Source: Desulfobacterales bacterium (GTDB lineage: Bacteria > Desulfobacterota > Desulfobacteria > Desulfobacterales > SURF-7). From it: a DNA stretch of 64,000 nt. Shown piece after piece: positions 56,422-64,000 of this stretch (positions within the stretch are counted from its first letter, which is position 1; every line of letters begins with the position of its first letter). Under the pieces are notes generated by a model that was given only the letters and a program-made list of their open reading frames with translations, made no database searches and was not told the DNA's origin. A program made the translations under genes and the position numbers. The stretch lies in contig JABHLN010000001.1 of NCBI GenBank assembly GCA_018693105.1, positions 4,750-68,749 of the forward strand, in the 5' to 3' direction.

Positions 56422-56712
56422 TTACCATGAGTGCGAAATGGCTTTTACATTACAGATTTCTATACATGGAAGAGACACCTGGTCGCCTGAAGACTTACAT
56501 GAATCGCATTCATACTTCAGCTTATTCTTTTTATCATCTGCAACAACAGCAACAGGAATATCCCTTAACGGATCATTAGGGTCCTCATCTTCAATTACAA
56601 ACACCTGTACAGGACATGCCTCTACACAATCCCCGCAGCCGTCACATTGATCAGTATCAATGGTTATAAAATAATCTCCCGTAGCATCTTTGTATCCATA
56701 ATTTGCAAGCAT
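56422..56712 (-). CDS. bzdM: Ferredoxin of benzoyl-CoA reductase clusters (BzdM-like)
   Basis: MLANYGYKDATGDYFITIDTDQCDGCGDCVEACP..KLKYECDSCK..LPC..C..AISHSW. Confidence 0.75.
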   Translation of the reverse strand: MLANYGYKDATGDYFITIDTDQCDGCGDCVEACPVQVFVIEDEDPNDPLRDIPVAVVADDKKNKLKYECDSCKSSGDQVSLPCIEICNVKAISHSW

Positions 56713-56757
56713 AAATTATCCTTATTCTTTATTAAGGGAATTACCTTTCATGCCCCT

Positions 56758-57654
56758 TTAGCGCCTTCTTCTCTTTTTTCTTTTTTTATTTTTACAAAGG
56801 GAATGACCAAAAATTGCCGCACCAATAGCCCCTGCTATCTGAGTATCCCATTGGGTAGTAATTCGTTCAATCCCTGCAAGTTTCATTACCCTATCCATTA
56901 CACCGCTATTTTTTGACATACCACCGGTAACTGCGAACTCTTTTTCCATACCGATTCTCTTTACGAGAGAATAAATCCGTTCTGCCATAGCCCTGCAATA
57001 TGCTGCAAGCACCTGTTCGGTACTCCATCCTTTTCTTAAAAGTCCGGTGGCTTCAGTTTTTGCATAAATCACACAAACGCTTGAAACGGGTGCAGGTTCA
57101 TCACCTTCAAATGCAAACGATCGATCCCCAACCTCATCGATCGGCACACCAAGAAGATCAGCCAGTATCTCCATGCCACGACCAGTACCTGCTGCACATT
57201 TATCATTCATCATGAAAGTAATGACCTTACCGTTTTCATCACAATGTATGGCCTTTATATCCTGACCGCCCACATCAAGAACAGTGCGCACTTTATCGCC
57301 ATAGATATAGTTGGCACCTCGTGCATGACATGCAATTTCCGTGAGTGTGCGATCGGCAAAAGGCACATTAATCCTCCCGTATCCTGTACCAACAGTATAA
57401 TTTACCCTTTCTCTGTCAATACCCGCAGCTTCTATAGCATAATTCAAAGCGTTTACCGCACTGGTGGGGCTGTCAGAACCGGTTCTCATACTTCCATAGG
57501 CATAAACCTCTCCGTCAGCAGCAATAACAGCCTGGGAGCTTACCGATCCCACATCAATTCCAACTGTAAATAATTCTACATCACCCGGATTAATATCAGG
57601 GTTTCTCCAGTTGGACTCCGTCCATCTCCAGTATTCCTGTTTGTTTTTTTCCAT
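56758..57654 (-). CDS. bzdQ: Benzoyl-CoA reductase ATP-binding subunit, bzd-type Q
   Basis: EYWRWTES N-terminus, GIDVGSVSSQA, RTGSDSP, TGYGR, DVGGQD, MNDKCAAGTGR. Confidence 0.85.
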   Translation of the reverse strand: MEKNKQEYWRWTESNWRNPDINPGDVELFTVGIDVGSVSSQAVIAADGEVYAYGSMRTGSDSPTSAVNALNYAIEAAGIDRERVNYTVGTGYGRINVPFADRTLTEIACHARGANYIYGDKVRTVLDVGGQDIKAIHCDENGKVITFMMNDKCAAGTGRGMEILADLLGVPIDEVGDRSFAFEGDEPAPVSSVCVIYAKTEATGLLRKGWSTEQVLAAYCRAMAERIYSLVKRIGMEKEFAVTGGMSKNSGVMDRVMKLAGIERITTQWDTQIAGAIGAAIFGHSLCKNKKRKKRRRR

Positions 57655-57704
57655 TTTGCAAATCGGTTATTTGTGCATAGTTCCAGGTTCGTTAAAAAAA
57701 ATAG

Positions 57705-58481
57705 TTAGTGTCCATCCAGTCCCGCCACTAAAGCAGCCCCTACAGCAGCACCGTATTCAGGCATTTCCGGAATTAAGATTTTATCAAGATGAAGTTCACG
57801 TTTAAGGGAATCCAGAAAACCGGGGTTATAACTCACACCTCCAATCATTGATACATCCTCTTCTATTCCAATTCGTCTAATCATTGAGGCTATACGGTTT
57901 GCCATTGAATCGTGAATCGCCTTGCAGATATCATTTTTTTCAGTTTTTGCATGAATCAATCCAACAACTTCTGATTCAGCAAAAACAACACATTGGGAAT
58001 TCATTGGAATTGATTTATTAGATTTTAATGATAATTTCCCCATATCTTCAAGACTGATCTCAAGAGCCCTCGCCATAGCTTCGATAAACGAACCTGCACC
58101 TGCAGCGCATTTCCCGTTAACAGCAAAGTCAACAGGATTTCCGTTCTTGTCAACCTTGGCCACCCTTCCTTCTTCAGCGCCTACATCAATTACCGTTCTG
58201 GCATTCGGGAAGAAAAAAGCAGCAGCCTTTGACATAGCCTTTATATCATTGACATGGATATCGGCGTTTATAATAGAATCTTTACCTGATCCCGTCCCTC
58301 CAATCCTGTCAATTTGATCTTCTATTATTTGAAAATCCCTTAGAGCCTTTTCAAGGGATTCCTGAACTGCCTTTACCTGATCAAATCCGGTCAGCACTAA
58401 CCCTCTGCCTGCTATAACTCCGTCTTTTATCAAGACAGCCCGGGTGCTTTTAGCACCACAGTCTATTCCCGCTGTAATCAT
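57705..58481 (-). CDS. bzdP: Benzoyl-CoA reductase ATP-binding subunit, bzd-type P
   Basis: ITAGIDCGAK, LTGFDQ, DVGAEEGR, KCAAGAGSF, QCVVFAESE. Start at ATG 58481. Confidence 0.82.
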   Translation of the reverse strand: MITAGIDCGAKSTRAVLIKDGVIAGRGLVLTGFDQVKAVQESLEKALRDFQIIEDQIDRIGGTGSGKDSIINADIHVNDIKAMSKAAAFFFPNARTVIDVGAEEGRVAKVDKNGNPVDFAVNGKCAAGAGSFIEAMARALEISLEDMGKLSLKSNKSIPMNSQCVVFAESEVVGLIHAKTEKNDICKAIHDSMANRIASMIRRIGIEEDVSMIGGVSYNPGFLDSLKRELHLDKILIPEMPEYGAAVGAALVAGLDGH

Positions 58482-58516
58482 TTCCCCCAACCTCAGTATT
58501 TAATTGATTTTTTTTC

Positions 58517-58545
58517 AGTATCTACTATGAGGTAATAGGTGTCAA
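58517..58545 (-). promoter_or_regulatory. Sigma70-type promoter of the reductase operon
   Basis: TTGACA (58545-58540), 17 bp, GATACT (58522-58517). Confidence 0.6.
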
Positions 58546-58859
58546 GATAACACATGACAAAAATTTACGAAAAACAGACATGGGTTGTATGTATCTATCT
58601 GAAAATTAGTGTGATGCAATAGACGGAGACTTTTTAATACATCTTCAAAAGCTCTGAAGCTTGTATTAAAAATTTAATCATGATATTTTCGATTCCGGCA
58701 AATATCAATATATACCATGATGCGTCAATACCGCTACCTTATGGTTCTATGAAAATCAAGTACCCAGGAGACGCTCAAATTCAAGTTAGATTTACTTGAT
58801 CTGGTTGAACGCAAGGAAAAAATAAAAAGTCCACTCTTTTAAAATTATAAAGGTTACTC

Positions 58860-60584
58860 ATGAAAATGCGCACCCGCATATTTTTCATTTTGTTAATACT
58901 TTTTATAATTGCGGTTTATATTCCTGCTCTTAACTCACCTTTTATCAGGGATGATTTTCCGGCAATAGTAGTTAATTTACCTTTAAAATTTTCAAACAAT
59001 TTAAATAAAATTGCCTTTTCACCTTCGTTCCATCCATCTCGGCCTTTGTTTAACCTGCAAAATTGGGGTTTATTAAAAATTTTTGGGTGTGCCCCCTTTC
59101 CGTTTCATGTTTTCTGCCTGTTATTGCATATTCTTAACGGGTCAATGGTTTATATTCTTTTTACAAAAATTTTTAGTCCCGAAAAGGAAAAGAATAAAGG
59201 AAAGCCCCCGGCTCTTCTAATTGCATCTATCTTTATGATGCACCCTTTACAGACTGAAACGGTCAACAATATTGTAAACAGTTCGGGTATGTTAATGACT
59301 TTTTTTTATATCCTTTCACTTCTTTATTTTGCAAAATACAAATTAATATCAAATAAATCATATAACCATGATATAAAAATTAAATTCCGTTTTAACTCTT
59401 TCTTCATCTTATCCCTTTTTTTTGGAATACTTTCCCAGTTTTGCAAAGAATCAGCAATAACATTGATCTTCAGTCTCTGGGGTCTAAACTATATTCTAGA
59501 AAAAAAGGTTCACAGAAGCACTCTATCTTTCTTTTCCATACAGCATATAAGATCTCTTTATCCTTTTTTTATTACCCTGGTTATTGTGCCTTCTATGCTT
59601 AAGATACTTCCTTATAAGCATCAGGGTATTGGTTTTTCAGTAATAGATCCATGGCTCCACTTTGTAACCCAGTGGGAAATACTGGCGATGTATTTATTAA
59701 AATTTTTTGTTCCTATTGGACAGAATTTTGATTATGACATCCCACTTGCAAAAAGCACATTCGAGTTCCTTCCCATTGCTGGTTTATCCTTACTTCTTTT
59801 TATCACAATATTTGCATGGATGCAGAGGAAAAGGATTCCGTGGCTTCCCGCAGGCTGGTTTTTTTTCCTCGCGGCAATATCTCCAAACATTTCTGTTCCC
59901 AACATTGATTTTGCAGCTGAACGTTATGTCTACCTGCCTCTTATAGGATTTTCAACGGCAACCGTCGCCACCCTTTACCACTATATGCCAAGAAAATATA
60001 TTTATCTAATTGTCTGTTTTTTTATCTACTTAACAATATTTACAGGGTTCAGAAACCAAGTATGGTCCAATGACATGATTTTATACGTAGACACAATAAT
60101 AAAGTCACCAACAAATATGAGGCCTGTTGTGGGATATGCCGAAAGTCTGTTTTACAACGGAAAATTCAAAGAAATGCTTTCAATATATGAAAATGTTATC
60201 AAAAAAATCCCGATAAAGCCCCGAGGATATTTTTATGTCAAGGTATTAAATGAAGTCGCAATATCCTATATGCTGCAGAATGATTATGAAAAAGCGCTTT
60301 TAGTTCTTGAAGATTCTATCAGGAGCAGCAATGGAAATACCAAAACCATCTTTTTATTAAAAGGCATTGCATTGCTTGGTCTTGGAGAACAGGAAGAGGC
60401 TATGGCCTTGTTAAAAAACCGTTTCAATATAGATCCCGGACAACCCGGTATTTTTTTTCTGCTCGCCAGTCATGAAAAAAACAACAACAATATTGGCAAA
60501 GCCTTAAACTACCTTGATATAGCCTGCGAATCCTACTTCCCTCCGGCATGTAAGGAATATGAAAAGCTAAAGAATGGGGAGTAA
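58860..60584 (+). CDS. TMTC-like multi-pass membrane glycosyltransferase (GT-C) with C-terminal TPRs
   Basis: FIRDD loop after TM1, RPL, HPLQTETV, CKES, AERYVYLP, RNQVW, followed by TPR helices. Confidence 0.75.
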   Translation: MKMRTRIFFILLILFIIAVYIPALNSPFIRDDFPAIVVNLPLKFSNNLNKIAFSPSFHPSRPLFNLQNWGLLKIFGCAPFPFHVFCLLLHILNGSMVYILFTKIFSPEKEKNKGKPPALLIASIFMMHPLQTETVNNIVNSSGMLMTFFYILSLLYFAKYKLISNKSYNHDIKIKFRFNSFFILSLFFGILSQFCKESAITLIFSLWGLNYILEKKVHRSTLSFFSIQHIRSLYPFFITLVIVPSMLKILPYKHQGIGFSVIDPWLHFVTQWEILAMYLLKFFVPIGQNFDYDIPLAKSTFEFLPIAGLSLLLFITIFAWMQRKRIPWLPAGWFFFLAAISPNISVPNIDFAAERYVYLPLIGFSTATVATLYHYMPRKYIYLIVCFFIYLTIFTGFRNQVWSNDMILYVDTIIKSPTNMRPVVGYAESLFYNGKFKEMLSIYENVIKKIPIKPRGYFYVKVLNEVAISYMLQNDYEKALLVLEDSIRSSNGNTKTIFLLKGIALLGLGEQEEAMALLKNRFNIDPGQPGIFFLLASHEKNNNNIGKALNYLDIACESYFPPACKEYEKLKNGE

Positions 60585-60928
60585 ATCCCAAGCTACACTC
60601 TTTTATGCAATTTAAAGCACCAATCAAGGCGTTTTCCTGCATAACTGAAGTAGAAGTGAAAGGTATACATAGAATGGATATAAAAAACTCCCCAATTCCT
60701 GAAATGGGAATCAACTGTAAATAGCTTCCAATTATAGTCTCTATAGGAATTTTATCCTTGACCATTATAATGCAATGTCTATATATCTTATTTTCATGGA
60801 AATGACATTATAGTTGGAGAATCCTTTGCTTGACCAGCCTTTTTGTCCTAATAGCACCAGCAGTTGTGACTTTAAGTGTGAGATACAGCAAAGATATTTT
60901 TTTTCACATTATCAGATTTTTATTATCA

Positions 60929-61702
60929 ATGAGCTCTGCCGAAATTAAAAATACATATCATACTCCGGCTAAGGAAATTTCCTGGATTTCCAGACATTTC
61001 CCAAATCTTATATTTTATAAAAATATGGTTTCTATTATTGTAAAGGCTGCGGGCCTTGCAAAAAAAGGCAGATATTCTGGTGAGGACTGGATAGTAAGTA
61101 GTCAGAACATGATGAAAGCCCTTGAGAATGTCGGAGTTAAATTCCATATTGAAAACTTGGAGGTCTTGAATAAACTGAAATCCCCATGCGTTATAGCGGG
61201 CAATCACATGAGTGTTTTAGAAACACTTGTTCTTCCGGGGATTATTCATCCGCATCAAAAGTTTACTTTTGTTGTAAAAAAAGGTCTGATGGATTATCCG
61301 GTATTCAAACATATCATGATAAGCCGGAATCCAATATTTGTTGACAGAGTAAACCCCAGGACAGACCTTCAGAATATCCTTTCAGGTGGACAGGAGCGTT
61401 TGAGCAAAGACCTTTCCATAATGATTTTCCCTCAAACAACCCGCATATTTGACATAGACCCCAAAACCTTCAATTCCATAGGGGTTAAACTCGCCAGACG
61501 CGCAGAAGTACCATTAATTCCTTTAGCTCTGAAGACAGATGCATGGGGAATAGGAAAATGGCTTAAAGATTTTGGTAAAATAAACCCTTCTGTAAAAGTT
61601 CATTTTTCTTTCGGGGAACCTATGACTATTACCGGTAACGGAAAACATGAGCATGAAAAATGCCTACAATTTATAAGTGATAAGTTGGAAAGCTTTGATT
61701 AA
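60929..61702 (+). CDS. Lysophospholipid (PlsC-like) acyltransferase
   Basis: NHMSVLE, FVVK, FVDR, IFPQTTR, PLIPLAL; start uncertain (ATG 60929 chosen). Confidence 0.85.
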   Translation: MSSAEIKNTYHTPAKEISWISRHFPNLIFYKNMVSIIVKAAGLAKKGRYSGEDWIVSSQNMMKALENVGVKFHIENLEVLNKLKSPCVIAGNHMSVLETLVLPGIIHPHQKFTFVVKKGLMDYPVFKHIMISRNPIFVDRVNPRTDLQNILSGGQERLSKDLSIMIFPQTTRIFDIDPKTFNSIGVKLARRAEVPLIPLALKTDAWGIGKWLKDFGKINPSVKVHFSFGEPMTITGNGKHEHEKCLQFISDKLESFD

Positions 61703-61905
61703 TGATCCGGTAAAGGCCATAAATGAGATGGAATATTAAAAAACCTCATTTTTTAAACATATGAACAAATTAAATTTTTCGATGATTTATACACATAGGC
61801 TGAATTAAAAATCAGACAAAAGATGTCGCTTTTCAAAGACCTCAATCTGAATGAAACAGCCCTTTACTTATGGCATTAACTATTATCCATTAGGAGTAAT
61901 TCAAC

Positions 61906-62727
61906 ATGAATCCTTATAAAGACAAAATTGCTATTGTAACAGGTGGAGCATCGGGCATCGGAAAAGCTATCTCCAAAGAACTGGGCAGTCGTGGGGCTTT
62001 TGTACTTGTGACCGATATAAATGAAGTCGGAGCACACCACGTTGCAATAGACATTTGCAGCGTGGGTGGAAAAGCAACTTCAGCCGTCCTTGACGTTACC
62101 GATATTGAAGGGGTTGATAAATTCATTAATGAAACTGCCAAAGAATACGGACGTCTTGATTACATTTTCAACAACGCAGGTTATAATATAAGCGGTGAAG
62201 CAAGAGATATGACTTTCGATCACTGGAAAAAGATAATTGACCTTAACCTCTGGAGCGTTATTGCAGGTTCCACATCCGCATATAAAATTATGGTCCGTCA
62301 GGGATTTGGACATATTGTTAATACTGCTTCCATAGTAGGCCTGCTGCATCTACCGACTGAGTGTGCCTACGCAACCACAAAGAGTGGAATCATAGGTCTT
62401 TCTAGAGTTATGAGAGCTGAAGGTGCTGCTTTTAATGTAAAAGTAAGTATGCTATGCCCTGGAATAATTGATACAGGTATTTTTGAAGCTGCAACCATCC
62501 TTCAAATGGACAGAAATGAGAATATTGACCAAATGCCGCGATTTAAATTAAGTGCAGAAAAAGCAGCGCGTATTACACTTAACGGTGTGGCACGCAACAA
62601 AGAATTTATTATATTTCCATTTTCTTCAAAATTTGGATGGTGGCTCTACAGAATTAGTCCTGCTATATATAAGCCAATAAACTGGTTCATGTTAAGAGGG
62701 TTCAGAGATTTGCGTCTGAATTCATAA
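61906..62727 (+). CDS. SDR family oxidoreductase
   Basis: TGGASGIG, NNAG, NTAS, YATTK. Confidence 0.93.
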   Translation: MNPYKDKIAIVTGGASGIGKAISKELGSRGAFVLVTDINEVGAHHVAIDICSVGGKATSAVLDVTDIEGVDKFINETAKEYGRLDYIFNNAGYNISGEARDMTFDHWKKIIDLNLWSVIAGSTSAYKIMVRQGFGHIVNTASIVGLLHLPTECAYATTKSGIIGLSRVMRAEGAAFNVKVSMLCPGIIDTGIFEAATILQMDRNENIDQMPRFKLSAEKAARITLNGVARNKEFIIFPFSSKFGWWLYRISPAIYKPINWFMLRGFRDLRLNS

Positions 62728-62802
62728 TAGAGGCAAACAATAATACCCTTTTAGATTTAATATTATTTTAAATACCCAATATAAATTAAGGAGACTATTC
62801 CT

Positions 62803-64000
62803 ATGAACGGATCAGAGATACTTGTAAAAACAGCGGCAAAAGCAGGTGTTAAATATTGTTTCTCAAATCCAGGTACAACTGAAATAGCAGTCGTATCGGC
62901 CCTGGATTCTGTTCCGGGAATAAAAGGGGTTCTTGGACTTTTTGAAGGTGCCTGCACAGGTGCAGCGGACGGATACGGTAGAATGACAGGAAAACCTGCA
63001 ATGACCCTTCTGCATCTCGGCCCTGGAATGGGCTATGGGCTTCCAAATTTACATAATGCCAGGAAAGCCCATACTCCTGTTTTAAATGTAATAGGAGAGC
63101 ATGCTTCATGGCATCGTTCAGCTGATTCGCCGATTACAATGGACATTGACGGATTGTCAAATACGGTCTCCGGGTGGCAGCGAACAATTAACTCTGCGGA
63201 ATCCATATCCCGGGACACAGCCGACGCAATAGCAGCATCTTTAAACGGCAATGTTGCCAGCCTGATTTTTCCGACAGATTTTCAGTTTGCTGAATATTCA
63301 GATGATTTGATTGCAGAACCTCAAATTGCATACAGCCCGGTTGATGCAGAATCTATTGAAAAAGCTGTTGTTCAATTAACATCCAAAGAGGAATGTGCAC
63401 TTTTTCTCGGTGGACAGGCCTTGCTTGAGCGGGGGATTATGGCAGCGGCCAGAATTAAGTCAAAAACAGATTGTGATCTTATTTCAGAATGTTTTCCTTC
63501 ACGAATTGAACGCGGCAGAGGTTTACCCCTTATAGACCGCATAGCGTATTTCCCGGAAATGGCAATAGAAATGATGGCAAAATATAAAACTGTCATATTT
63601 ATAGGAGCCGATGAACCGGTTTCTTTTTTCGGATATGAAGGAGGACCGAGCAGAATACTTAATGAAGACCAACGTAAGCTTCATATAGGTACAGGAGATC
63701 AGGACGTATATGAGGTTCTTGAGGCCCTTGCCGATGCCGTTGGGGCACCGGGAAATGTCAATGACAACTCATACGACGGATATGTAAAACCGGCACTTCC
63801 CCAGGGGGAACTGAACGTTGAGAATGCCGGTATTATTATTTCCGCTTTGCAGCCTGAAAATGCAATCATTATTGACGAAGCCATAACATCTTCAGTCGGC
63901 TTTTACTTACAACCCCCGAATCCATCACCCCATACCATTCTATCATTAACAGGAGGATCTCTTGGTGTGGGTATACCCTGTGCTATAGGCGCGGCTCTTG
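62803..64000 (+). CDS. TPP-dependent enzyme, acetolactate synthase large subunit-like (runs off window)
   Basis: Manual translation MNGSEILVKTAAKAGVKYCFSNPGTTE..LFEGACTGAADGYGRMTGKPAMTLLHLGPG; AAGGAG upstream. Not in the ORF track. Confidence 0.88.
   Translation, partial: MNGSEILVKTAAKAGVKYCFSNPGTTEIAVVSALDSVPGIKGVLGLFEGACTGAADGYGRMTGKPAMTLLHLGPGMGYGLPNLHNARKAHTPVLNVIGEHASWHRSADSPITMDIDGLSNTVSGWQRTINSAESISRDTADAIAASLNGNVASLIFPTDFQFAEYSDDLIAEPQIAYSPVDAESIEKAVVQLTSKEECALFLGGQALLERGIMAAARIKSKTDCDLISECFPSRIERGRGLPLIDRIAYFPEMAIEMMAKYKTVIFIGADEPVSFFGYEGGPSRILNEDQRKLHIGTGDQDVYEVLEALADAVGAPGNVNDNSYDGYVKPALPQGELNVENAGIIISALQPENAIIIDEAITSSVGFYLQPPNPSPHTILSLTGGSLGVGIPCAIGAAL

Overview
Ordinary chromosomal segment of an AT-rich anaerobic bacterium. 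Gene content and repeat style suggest Desulfobacterota (Desulfobacterales-like); this is an inference. From left to right: a cobalamin-riboswitch-controlled exbB-exbD-tonB unit with a BtuCD/FecCD-type ABC transporter; a type II secretion cluster (gspG,H,I,J,K,L,M,N,C,D,E, with gspF on the opposite strand) containing an exported YidD-like gene and a TPR gene; yjbQ, a U32 protein, cooC and a Ski2-like helicase; a contiguous nine-gene futalosine menaquinone operon; an AOR-family oxidoreductase, an M24 peptidase and xerD; a pfaD-pfaA-type iterative PKS pair without pfaB/C/E; acyl-CoA genes; an ATP-dependent class I aryl-CoA reductase-like operon (bzdP-bzdQ-ferredoxin plus two divergent catalytic subunits); a TMTC-like membrane glycosyltransferase, an acyltransferase, an SDR and a truncated TPP enzyme. 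The most striking non-genic signal is a set of about 150-bp non-autonomous elements with terminal inverted repeats and 4-5 bp target duplications. Their internal rod structure is strand-specific, shows compensatory base changes, and is shared by elements with unrelated ends. No CRISPR array, rRNA, tRNA, transposase or prophage was seen.
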